64,000 nucleotides of DNA, from contig JAEOUA010000001.1 in assembly GCA_016839555.1 (NCBI GenBank), positions 32,001 to 96,000 of the forward strand, written 5' to 3'. Under the pieces are notes generated by a model. That model was not told the DNA's origin and ran no database searches. It saw nothing but the letters and a program-made list of their open reading frames with translations. The translations under genes were made by a program, and so were the position numbers. Source of the DNA: Promethearchaeota archaeon (GTDB lineage Archaea > Asgardarchaeota > Lokiarchaeia > Sigyniarchaeales > SOKP01). Below, in pieces: positions 19,451 through 29,064 of this stretch (its first letter is position 1; each line of letters opens with the position of its first letter).

Positions 19451-21205
19451 TCAAATTATTTTATCATAATTACATAAATATAAAAATCTTTCGAGATAAA
19501 AAATTAGGAATTGATTAAAATGATTGGAATAATATAAATCATTCCCATGTCCTTGAAAAGGAAAAGTTATTATACAACAATCATCATTTAATGAAAGTTC
19601 ATAACTTTTTTTAACAAGTTGAGCTTTTAACAAGCAAAAGTCCTTTTCTCCTTGGAAGATGAGACAAGGTGGACTACTTTTATTTATAAAGAATAATTCA
19701 GGATATTTTAACTTTAAATTTCCTCCAGAATATAATGCTGGAGGATCACCGGGATATAAAGGAATCATTCCCTTTATATGCACCCTTGATCCAAACCATT
19801 CTTCATATTCACCACTCTCAAGCAACAATGCTGTGGCAATTGTTAAATGTCCACCCGCGGATCCTCCCATCAAAAAAACAGAATCTAAATTTGGATTGTA
19901 AACTGAGAATTCTGTTGAATTTAATTGTTTTATGAAAGCTCCAATATGCTTAATTTGATTTTCAATCGTAAAATATCCCTTAACATATTCGGGTGTAGGT
20001 GTGATACGCTGGAATAAATTATCTTCGTCTTTTATAAGACCATATTGAATATCAAAAACAATATATCCTTGAGCAGCTAGATATTTATTTACTTGCATCA
20101 TATTACCTCCTCCTTTATCACCCGCAGTCCAGCCTCCCCCATGAATCTTTATTATGACTGAATTATTACCTGGTAAAAATGATCCTCCATATTTTGGGAG
20201 ATACACATCATAATACAACCTAATTCCCTGCCCTATATAAAAAGGAATATGCTGTATTATTTTACATTCTTTTGGTGGGATTCCTAAGAAATATCCAGGA
20301 AGAGAGAACGGGTCTTGCATGAAATATTGCTGAGAATAAGGATCAATGAACATATTATAATCTAGTCTGAATGTAAAAGCATCAGTAAAATCTTTATCTG
20401 CCTGCCTAGCAGTAAAAGGAATGGATAAAGAAGGGATTAAAAAAATACTTGTAAGAAATATTCCAATTATCCCCACCGAATAATAAATTTTTGGTCTCTT
20501 GTTTACATTTATCATTTTCAACAGAATAACTGTTGAAAGTAAAAATAGAAGAGAAAAAAATACATTAAATTGAAAGGTAAAAATACCAAAAAGCCATGCA
20601 AGGAAATCATCAAGAGGAGCAAATATAAGCGCATAGGTTAAATAAATACCTAAAAGTAAGATTAGGATACTTAAAAAACCTAATATTATTTTTAAGATTT
20701 TTTTAAGTATATACAACCTTTTTGATTCTTTCAATGTTTTTACTTTTGAATTCCATAAATCTCTATTAGAGTGATATTTAATGTTAAAATATGATAAGAA
20801 AAATCCGAGTAAGAAGTCTCCAAAATACCCAATAATTACTAACATGAATCCAAAAATTGAGGGAGTATATCTAATAGATATTATGAAATTGCCTCCAATC
20901 ATTAATAAAAAGGAAAGAATTATGAAGACAAGCATAAAATAACAAAATAAATTAATCTGTTTTCCAAGTTTAATCCTCTTGTTAAGTTTAACAGTATCTA
21001 TATAAATTAGTAAAATATTTGCATATAAAGAAATTAAAATTAGAATACCAAAAATATCCCAAACTAACTCCAGTTGATAATTCTCAAATGTAACTATTAA
21101 ATAAAAGATGCCAAATATTATACATAGAGAGTTTAATATAATTAGAATAAAACTAAAGAATTTTATACTAAATAACGCTTTTAATTTATTAAGAGTTAGT
21201 TTCAA
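19451..21205 (-). CDS. Membrane-anchored alpha/beta hydrolase (HSL-type esterase)
   Basis: About 7 N-terminal hydrophobic segments, HGGGW oxyanion motif, GGSAGG nucleophile, GEKD, GH. Confidence 0.85.
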   Translation of the reverse strand: MKLTLNKLKALFSIKFFSFILIILNSLCIIFGIFYLIVTFENYQLELVWDIFGILILISLYANILLIYIDTVKLNKRIKLGKQINLFCYFMLVFIILSFLLMIGGNFIISIRYTPSIFGFMLVIIGYFGDFLLGFFLSYFNIKYHSNRDLWNSKVKTLKESKRLYILKKILKIILGFLSILILLLGIYLTYALIFAPLDDFLAWLFGIFTFQFNVFFSLLFLLSTVILLKMINVNKRPKIYYSVGIIGIFLTSIFLIPSLSIPFTARQADKDFTDAFTFRLDYNMFIDPYSQQYFMQDPFSLPGYFLGIPPKECKIIQHIPFYIGQGIRLYYDVYLPKYGGSFLPGNNSVIIKIHGGGWTAGDKGGGNMMQVNKYLAAQGYIVFDIQYGLIKDEDNLFQRITPTPEYVKGYFTIENQIKHIGAFIKQLNSTEFSVYNPNLDSVFLMGGSAGGHLTIATALLLESGEYEEWFGSRVHIKGMIPLYPGDPPALYSGGNLKLKYPELFFINKSSPPCLIFQGEKDFCLLKAQLVKKSYELSLNDDCCIITFPFQGHGNDLYYSNHFNQFLIFYLERFLYLCNYDKII

Positions 21206-21336
21206 AGGTATATATAAAGCTTAAGTTTTAGTTTCTAATTAATAGTTATATAGCTTGAGAAAAAATATAAAATTATTCTAATAATTAAATAATAATATAC
21301 AATATTGAATAAACTAATTAAAATCGTGAGAAATAA

Positions 21337-22140
21337 ATGAAATTTGTAGACTTATCAATCCCCATCATAAATCCAGAAGAAGCTGTTTTCGATCCACCAT
21401 TAACTCAGCCTCAAATCGAGTACAGCGCTCATGATGAAGGAGCAAATCAGATGGGCTTTGTTTTTCCTCGCTTAAAACCAGAAAAACATTTACCTAATGG
21501 AAAAGGATGGGCAACAGAGACTATTACGCTTGGAACTCATAGTGGGACTCATATGGATGCTCCTTATCATTATGCTCCAATACAGGATAAAGAAATTGGT
21601 GAAAAAAAAGCTCATACTATCGATGAATTCCCTTTAGAATGGGGGATGGGACCCTTAATCGTCTTGGATTGTACAGATTATGAAGAGGGTTATGTTTTGA
21701 CACCCGAAGATGTTAATACTAAATTAAAAGCTATTAATCATAAATTAGAAGAAGGAGATATTTTATGCGTCCACACCAATGCTCCTAAACATTATGGTAC
21801 TAAGGAGTATATTAATTACGGGGTTGGCGTTGGAAAGGAAGCCACTCTTCACATTATCAGGCAAGGAGTTCATGTTGTTGGAATCGATGCATGGAGTTGG
21901 GATGCTCCATTTTCTATCACAGCAAAAAAATGGAAAAAATCAGTGAGAGCAAAAGAACCAGACACCTCCTTAATTTGGGAGGGTCATTTTGCAGGCATTG
22001 AATTGGGTTATTATCAGATGGAAAAAATGTATAATTTAGATAAGGTTCCACCGATTGGTGCAACAATTTATTGTTTTCCAATCAAAATCGCAAGGGCAAG
22101 TGCGGGATGGGTAAGAGCAGTTGCAACAATTCCAGAATGA
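21337..22140 (+). CDS. Cyclase / kynurenine formamidase family protein
   Basis: HSGTHMDAPYH motif, GIDAWS, ME, RAVA. Confidence 0.9.
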   Translation: MKFVDLSIPIINPEEAVFDPPLTQPQIEYSAHDEGANQMGFVFPRLKPEKHLPNGKGWATETITLGTHSGTHMDAPYHYAPIQDKEIGEKKAHTIDEFPLEWGMGPLIVLDCTDYEEGYVLTPEDVNTKLKAINHKLEEGDILCVHTNAPKHYGTKEYINYGVGVGKEATLHIIRQGVHVVGIDAWSWDAPFSITAKKWKKSVRAKEPDTSLIWEGHFAGIELGYYQMEKMYNLDKVPPIGATIYCFPIKIARASAGWVRAVATIPE

Positions 22141-22334
22141 ATTATAAATTTCTTCTTTTTATAATTTTTTTTCGAAATTTCTCATAATATCTGTTTTTAC
22201 TTTAATAAAAATAGATAATATCGATTTAGAAATTTATAAAACTCAAATTTTTTTAAAGATTTATAGATCTGATTACTCCATCTAATTCTTCTATTTACAA
22301 ATTTAAACTTAAATAAGAAACGAAAAAGAAAAAA

Positions 22335-24566
22335 TTAAAAGCTTGTTGAAAATATTTGCTCAACTAATTGATTCGCATCTTTAAAAGGTTTTAATTCGCC
22401 TCCCCAATCTTCTAAAGTCTCTTTATATTGTTCTTCAAATTGAGATACAAATTTTCTTAATTGAGTTCTAATTTCCGAAGTTTGATTCCCTTTTATGAAT
22501 AATGCTCCAAAAAGATGCTCTCCATACTCTATTAGAATCGTTATATCACCATGTTCTATAGTTTGTAAAAATTCAGTACTTTTTGTTGTTTCTTTAACAA
22601 ATGAGGTTATTGCGGAAAACATTCCCGAGATTAATCCGGGGTCTTGAGCGACATCTTCAGAAAATTTATAATCGAATGGTGTTCTCCCATCTTCATAGAT
22701 GATATAAAGCCCTTGTTTCTTTACTCTTTCAAAAGTGTAAGTAAACTCTGGTTTCCATAATTCAATTTTATTTCGATTATAGAGATATTTTAAATTTTCG
22801 TAAAGAGTTTCTGTATCTTGAATTGTCCTTTTTTTCAACTCATCCAGATAAATCTCTTCTTTTTCGATAATTTCTATTATATTTTGAATTTCAACCAATG
22901 GAGATTCAAAATCTTTTATAGTGATTTTTTCATCAATATTCACTAAATAATTAAGATCTTCGTTTTTGAACTCATTATAAGTGACGAAACTCCCTGTATC
23001 AATAAAAATTACCCTTTTAACTAATTTTTCATCTAAAGGGATATTTTTAATTTTAAATTGTCTCCCAAGATAGTAAATTAGTAAACTCCAGAAAATAATA
23101 TTAAAAATATTTCTTGTAAATATATAGGGTATTGCTAAGAAACCTAAAACTCCTGTTAAATTTGCTCTAAAAGAAGCTGTTCTTAGTGTAATAAAATCTA
23201 TACCATATAATGATATTACACTTGCTCTACCGGTGAACCAATATTCGTCTGCAGATAAAATATTAATTAGAGGCATTGAGCCGAAAAGAGGAACATTAGG
23301 AAGTAATAATGATGCAATGATAATTATACCTAAAAAACCAATCAAAGTGAGGGGGATGTTTTTAGCGTATTTAAAAGCATAAAAAAGAAAAATGATCATA
23401 ATAATTAGAGGCAAGAGAGTATTTACAATATTAAATAAAATAATTTCAACATCAAATCCCAAAGCATCATTTAAAGAAGGATTAGCATTAAAAAGTCCTA
23501 ACTCAATAATATCTTCTATATAATTTGAATCAGCAAAAATAGTATAGCTAAAAATGATACTTAAGCCCCAATAAATTCCAACCGCAAGCGCTCCGAAAAA
23601 TAGACCATTATAGAGCGGAGTTAAATTAGAACTTTTGGATTTAACCGTCTCTTTCCTTTTCTTCCACCAATCTATTAATTTAACTAATATAAGAATAGAA
23701 ATAGGTTCAAATACATCTAAGAAAAGAACAAAGATTATTGAGGCCATAATAAAATATGCAAAAAATGCAAAAATAACGTCAATCGAATCAAAATATTCAA
23801 CAATAAAGAGAAAAATAGAAATCACTGAAATAGGGAGTCCAACCATAAATACGCTTCTGAAATAGTCTTCCCTAACTTTCTCCCCGAAATAGCGTCCTTT
23901 TATCGCAATTTTGCTTGAATTTATCAGTTCAATACTAAAAATGAATATCGCTAAATATACAAACAAAATCTCTAAAAACCATCCTAAAGCGGTTTCTGCT
24001 GTTGTTAACGAAAAATTTTGAAGTCCTGATACTTTTAGAATTACTTGTAAGATATATAATGAGACAGGTAAAAGGACAATCATTAATTTTAAAATTTCTT
24101 TCTCTCTTTTCCAATCGGTTCTTAAAAACTCCTGTTTAATCAATTTTAACGGGCTTATATTATATTCATAGCTAATTTGCTTTAAGTTCTCTTGGAGCGA
24201 TCCTTCTGATTTTTTTAGATTATTTCTTACTATTATCATTGAAATAAAAGGTGCTAAAAAAAATATAAACGGAAGAGCGATAAAAGGATAAGATAAGAAG
24301 GAGGTAATTAATGTAGCGAAATGTGTAAAAATATAGGATAATCCAAGACTCTCTTGTCCTGGAGCAATTTCCAATCTATTTGGAGCTAAATTAAACTGGA
24401 ATATAACTGGGGCAACCCAATAAATGAGAAAAAAGATCGAAACACCCATAAAAAATCTAAGATAAAGCTTTCCAATTAATTTTTTTCTAATAAATATTAA
24501 TGGAATCGCAAATATTGCTAATGGGAGCACATTCAAAAAAATCGTAAGAAATACATTAGCAATCAT
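22335..24566 (-). CDS. Polytopic membrane protein with C-terminal wHTH-like and longin domains
   Basis: Roughly 11-13 hydrophobic segments in aa 1-500. Longin GLYIIYEDGR...LISGMFSAITSFVKE...FEEQY...WGG. Confidence 0.75.
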   Translation of the reverse strand: MIANVFLTIFLNVLPLAIFAIPLIFIRKKLIGKLYLRFFMGVSIFFLIYWVAPVIFQFNLAPNRLEIAPGQESLGLSYIFTHFATLITSFLSYPFIALPFIFFLAPFISMIIVRNNLKKSEGSLQENLKQISYEYNISPLKLIKQEFLRTDWKREKEILKLMIVLLPVSLYILQVILKVSGLQNFSLTTAETALGWFLEILFVYLAIFIFSIELINSSKIAIKGRYFGEKVREDYFRSVFMVGLPISVISIFLFIVEYFDSIDVIFAFFAYFIMASIIFVLFLDVFEPISILILVKLIDWWKKRKETVKSKSSNLTPLYNGLFFGALAVGIYWGLSIIFSYTIFADSNYIEDIIELGLFNANPSLNDALGFDVEIILFNIVNTLLPLIIMIIFLFYAFKYAKNIPLTLIGFLGIIIIASLLLPNVPLFGSMPLINILSADEYWFTGRASVISLYGIDFITLRTASFRANLTGVLGFLAIPYIFTRNIFNIIFWSLLIYYLGRQFKIKNIPLDEKLVKRVIFIDTGSFVTYNEFKNEDLNYLVNIDEKITIKDFESPLVEIQNIIEIIEKEEIYLDELKKRTIQDTETLYENLKYLYNRNKIELWKPEFTYTFERVKKQGLYIIYEDGRTPFDYKFSEDVAQDPGLISGMFSAITSFVKETTKSTEFLQTIEHGDITILIEYGEHLFGALFIKGNQTSEIRTQLRKFVSQFEEQYKETLEDWGGELKPFKDANQLVEQIFSTSF

Positions 24567-24672
24567 TGTTTTATTTCAAAATATAGTTTCTAAATTTTTA
24601 TTTAATTTAATAAGACTTTATTTAATAATTAAATTAAAATTCAAATATTTTAAATTTTATATTAATAAGAAA

Positions 24673-25761
24673 ATGAATAAGAAAATAGGAATTCTTATTG
24701 ATTACGATTTTGCTAATAAGCACATTCCTCCTTATCCCCATCCTGTGTTCTTCTCATATGAGAGCCCAAGAAGAATTAGGGCTATTTTAGAGTATTTTAA
24801 AAACATAAAGCTATTTGATAACAATAAAATTTGTAAATTAAATCCTAAATTAGTTGATGAATCGATTCTACATTTAGCTCATTCTCAATATTATATTGAT
24901 ACAATAAAACGATTATCCAAATTTGGAAGCAGTATGCTAAGTGAAGAAGTCTATATTACTCAAGATACATTCTTAATTGCTCAAAAAGCGGTTGGTGGGG
25001 TAATAGCTTCTCTTGAAAGTGTATTAAACCGGGAAGTTTCTCAATCGTTCGCATTAGTGCGCCCTCCCGGTCATCATGCTTTACGTGAACAATCCTCTGG
25101 ATTATGCATTTTTAATAATATAGCCACCTCAATTTATTATTTGCGTGAACGAATGGATTATACTAAAAAAATTGCGATAATAGATATTGATAATCATTTT
25201 GGAGATGGACTTGCAAGATATTTTTATGAAGATCCTAGTGTTCTATACTTTTCTGTACATGAATTCGATTTTCTAGAAGGAGATATAGGATTTATAACGG
25301 AACTGGGTGCTGGTGAAGGACTTGGAACTAATATCAACTTTCCGATTCCAATCAATACTACTGATCAGAATTTTATGGAATTTTCAGAGATTCTTACTCC
25401 TATTATAACTCAATATAGTCCAGATCTCATTATTATTGCTGCCGGTTTTGATATGTATTTCGCGGATCCAATCGGTAATTGCCTATTAACTAGCAAATCT
25501 TATTATGAATTTACTCGGTATATACTCAACTTATCTGAACAAATATGCGATGGTAAATTGGTCTTTGCTCTTGAAGGAGGATATTCCTTAATTGGATTGC
25601 CCGTCTGTGTGCATGCAGTACTTAGAGCTTTATTAAACGAGTCTTTCGTTCAACCCCAATTTGAACAGTTTGACTTTTCAGATAAATCTAAAAAGAGTGA
25701 ATTCCTGAAAATAAAAAAGTCATTAACAAAATTCTTACAAAAATATTGGAAATTAAAATAA
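24673..25761 (+). CDS. Histone deacetylase / acetylpolyamine amidohydrolase family protein
   Basis: ESPRR, RPPGHHA, GLCIFNN, DIDNHFGDG, AGFD, LEGGY. Confidence 0.92.
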   Translation: MNKKIGILIDYDFANKHIPPYPHPVFFSYESPRRIRAILEYFKNIKLFDNNKICKLNPKLVDESILHLAHSQYYIDTIKRLSKFGSSMLSEEVYITQDTFLIAQKAVGGVIASLESVLNREVSQSFALVRPPGHHALREQSSGLCIFNNIATSIYYLRERMDYTKKIAIIDIDNHFGDGLARYFYEDPSVLYFSVHEFDFLEGDIGFITELGAGEGLGTNINFPIPINTTDQNFMEFSEILTPIITQYSPDLIIIAAGFDMYFADPIGNCLLTSKSYYEFTRYILNLSEQICDGKLVFALEGGYSLIGLPVCVHAVLRALLNESFVQPQFEQFDFSDKSKKSEFLKIKKSLTKFLQKYWKLK

Positions 25762-25803
25762 TAAGAGTTTATTAAAGGAAATAAAAGAAAAAAGAATTGG
25801 AAA

Positions 25804-26205
25804 TTAAATAAACCCGCTGAATTTCTGAGCATAATTCTGAACTGTTAGGAGCGCATCACGAGGTCCTACTGCTGGATTAATATATGTTATTAATCCTCCA
25901 TTGCCTCCAACGGGAATAGGACAAAGAATTAAGTGTCCCTGGCCTTGTACATTGGTTGCAATCTTCCGCTCCTCTGTATTTTCTACAACCATATATTTAA
26001 CTCCTTGAATCTGAATACTGGTCATTCCTTTTTGCCCAAGCTCTAATTTAATTCGTATCAATTCATTTATCTGATTCAAATCATTTGAAATATCCCAGTT
26101 TTCGGTTTGGGAAATAAGGTTTCCATTTTGATCTACAACTGCTACTGCATATACATTTGAATCCTCTTCTAACAATTTACCTATTAGATCATTTACATCA
26201 GACAT
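25804..26205 (-). CDS. Asgard (Loki-type) profilin
   Basis: QTENWDIS, IQGVKYMVVENTEERKIATN, GHLILCPIP, YINP-AGPRD-like motifs match Lokiarchaeal profilins as I recall them. Confidence 0.9.
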   Translation of the reverse strand: MSDVNDLIGKLLEEDSNVYAVAVVDQNGNLISQTENWDISNDLNQINELIRIKLELGQKGMTSIQIQGVKYMVVENTEERKIATNVQGQGHLILCPIPVGGNGGLITYINPAVGPRDALLTVQNYAQKFSGFI

Positions 26206-26326
26206 TTTTCCAAAAAAATATTATATGCTTAGTTTTATATAAAATATATAATAAATTTAAATTTTAAATTAATTAGTATTTTTAACAATAATTATAATTA
26301 AAATATTTTACGGTGAAATATTATTC

Positions 26327-26869
26327 ATGGTTTTTGTAGGGTTAATGAAAAAGGGAGTTTTACTAGTTTTGAGAGAAAAAAGGACGTTTTTAATCTTTAC
26401 GGTGATATACTCTCTCTTAATATTTTTAACAAGTCTTTTCTTAGAATTCGCGTTTGGTGGGGAACTAGGGGATATAGCTCTTTATCTTGTGCTTATTTTT
26501 ATGGTAGCAAGTTTAATCTTGTCTTTGCTATATGCATGGTTATTAGTGAACCGAAATAAAAGAAATTGGGCTACACTTAAATGTATTGGTTATACAAATG
26601 GTAATGTAATCACAATGTTGGCGGGAATAATACTCTTTACGGCTTTATTAGGCTTTTTTGTGGTGCTGGAGATGTTATTCCATTATGCAGCTTTCTTTTC
26701 TTATGTGTTTCCAGATAATATTGCTGCTGATAATACATTAATTGGATTGCTTCCAGCCGTATTAACAAGTATTACTTTTTTGCTTGTCCAACTTGTTTCA
26801 ATAGCTCTTATTTATAGAAAAATTCTGAAAGTAAGACCAATCATAGCTTTAAAAAAAGTGGAGATGTAA
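26327..26869 (+). CDS. FtsX/MacB-type permease, minimal four-helix form
   Basis: NKRNWATLKCIGYT coupling helix, C-terminal KVRPIIALK, four hydrophobic helices. Confidence 0.8.
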   Translation: MVFVGLMKKGVLLVLREKRTFLIFTVIYSLLIFLTSLFLEFAFGGELGDIALYLVLIFMVASLILSLLYAWLLVNRNKRNWATLKCIGYTNGNVITMLAGIILFTALLGFFVVLEMLFHYAAFFSYVFPDNIAADNTLIGLLPAVLTSITFLLVQLVSIALIYRKILKVRPIIALKKVEM

Positions 26870-26873
26870 AAAA

Positions 26874-27566
26874 ATGATAGTAGATATGGATGTTATGATT
26901 AAAGCAATAGATGTGAATAAGGAATATCGTCGAGCCGGAGCTATTATTCGAGCTTTAGCAGATATAAATCTTACTATCAAATCTGGGGAGTTTATTATCG
27001 TACAAGGTCCGACAGGATGCGGTAAATCAACCCTTCTCAATGTTCTTTCCGGATTAGATCTACCTGATAGTGGAAAGATTATTTTTGATGGGGAAAATAT
27101 AGCAAGAGCAACGGAAGACAGATTAGCACGATTAAGAAGAATGAAAATAGGATTTGTATTTCAAGATTTTAATTTAATTAGGACATTAACGGCTATAGAA
27201 AATGTAGAAAGTGTTTTATGGCCTACGGTATTACGTTCCTCTGAAATTGAAGATAGAGCAATTGCAGCACTTAGAGATGTCAATTTATTGGAGAGAAAAG
27301 AACATTATCCTGTACAACTAAGCGGCGGTGAAAAACAAAAATGCGGACTTGCTCGCGCAATTATCCACCGTCCACGGGTCATTTTAGCAGATGAACCAAC
27401 AGGAAATTTAGACCCTCAATCGGAGACTGAAATCATGGATTTGCTCAAAAAAATTAATAAAGACTCGGAAACCACCGTAATAGTGGTTACTCATCGAGAG
27501 AAGCTTGCATCTTACGGGGACAAAATAGTTCGGATGAAAGACGGAAGAATTATAAATGTAAAATAG
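26874..27566 (+). CDS. ABC transporter ATP-binding protein, LolD/MacB family
   Basis: GPTGCGKST, GFVFQDFNL, LSGGEKQ, LADEPTGNLD, VVTH. Confidence 0.95.
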   Translation: MIVDMDVMIKAIDVNKEYRRAGAIIRALADINLTIKSGEFIIVQGPTGCGKSTLLNVLSGLDLPDSGKIIFDGENIARATEDRLARLRRMKIGFVFQDFNLIRTLTAIENVESVLWPTVLRSSEIEDRAIAALRDVNLLERKEHYPVQLSGGEKQKCGLARAIIHRPRVILADEPTGNLDPQSETEIMDLLKKINKDSETTVIVVTHREKLASYGDKIVRMKDGRIINVK

Positions 27567-27715
27567 CCTTTTTTTTTATTATATTTATTATTATGATTTT
27601 TTATTTAAGTGAATGAATTCGTTTTGAACTAATATTAAATAAGATTATTATTATTATTTTTAATAAGAGAATCTTTTTATATAATTATTAAAATAAAACG
27701 CGAATTGGATGATAT

Positions 27716-28732
27716 ATGCCGCTTAAAGTTAAAAGTATATTCATAAGTAGATTAATAGTATTGATTACTCTAATTTTAATTCCTATAGCAACATTTACTA
27801 TCTTTATAAGTGTTGATTTTGAGTTATGGTTTTCAGAAAGTGCCACATTAGAATTCTGGATAATAAAAGTGCTCTGTCCAGTCATTTTTGCTGCTTCTTG
27901 GCTCTATTTTATGATTTTATTTAAAGATAGAATAGCTCTTACAATAGACTCAATGGAGCGTGTGACCTCTATTATACCCCTTCGTTTAAAAATATTTTAT
28001 GGATTGATTGCACTCGTTGTATTATTTATTTTCATCATCCCCCTTATTACAACATTTATTTCTATCATAAGTTTTATGTCTATTGCATGGATGGTTACTA
28101 CGAGGAAACATGAATTTGGAGCATCTGAGGGCTCCCCTTGGTATACAAAGGTGTTAATGATTCTCTTTGTGATAGTTCCGATCTTTTGTACAATTGCAAT
28201 CCTCCCCGAATATATTATTTTATCAAACTTTATTTCCGCAAGTATTTGGGAACCTCTTATTGAACATGTATATACATTTTCATATTGTCTGTGTACAGCT
28301 TTAGCAGTGGGCTCTCTCTTTTTCCTATTTGAGAATAAAGGTGTAAGTGAATATGAGCAAATATTGCAACATCCTGATGAGAAAAAGGGAAATAAGTATA
28401 TTAAATATGTCGAATTCATACTTTTTATATTTCTTTTAATATTAGCATATACTGGCTTCGAATTGATTGAATTCTTTTATGGAGCTGGGCTGGTAATAGT
28501 AGTATTTGTATCTATTATTAATTTTTTCTCTTCAAAACGAAAAACTGGGAAATTTGGAGGACATATTCTTGGTTATCTTTTGGCAGCAATATTTATGGGT
28601 TCTAATCTATTGATCTTTAATATTGAACTTGGAGCACTTTTTCAAATTATTAGTCTTGTGGTGCTTGCTGGCGTTTTTATCATTATTTTTATTATTACCT
28701 TTATTGTATTAGAGGAAGAGGACGAATTTTAA
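27716..28732 (+). CDS. Uncharacterised polytopic membrane protein
   Basis: About 9-10 hydrophobic segments and an acidic tail EEEDEF. Confidence 0.75.
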   Translation: MPLKVKSIFISRLIVLITLILIPIATFTIFISVDFELWFSESATLEFWIIKVLCPVIFAASWLYFMILFKDRIALTIDSMERVTSIIPLRLKIFYGLIALVVLFIFIIPLITTFISIISFMSIAWMVTTRKHEFGASEGSPWYTKVLMILFVIVPIFCTIAILPEYIILSNFISASIWEPLIEHVYTFSYCLCTALAVGSLFFLFENKGVSEYEQILQHPDEKKGNKYIKYVEFILFIFLLILAYTGFELIEFFYGAGLVIVVFVSIINFFSSKRKTGKFGGHILGYLLAAIFMGSNLLIFNIELGALFQIISLVVLAGVFIIIFIITFIVLEEEDEF

Positions 28733-29064
28733 CCCGCTTTCCTTCAATTTTTTTTTTCCTATTAATTATCTTATAATGGATTTACTTCTAATTCATATCA
28801 TAATATGATCTAAAATAAATTTTAAAGTTAGATTATTATTTTTTCAATTATTTTTTGATCATTATATTTAAAAATCATGATTTATGAGGATTTATTCAAT
28901 ATAAAAATCAGTCTCTTTATGATATAAATAGATAATGCTAATATAAGAAAGGGAAGTGGTGAATTCCCAAAAATTAAAAAATCTTTATATTTTAGCAAAC
29001 ATAACATATAAAATATATATACAAAATTTGATATATTAAAAGTCTAATAAAGAGTGAATTCACA

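Noticed and set aside
28797-28883. Palindromes ATCATA-A-TATGAT and AAATCATGATTT upstream of fadD
   Set aside because: Expected by chance in very AT-rich DNA, and far from the start codon.
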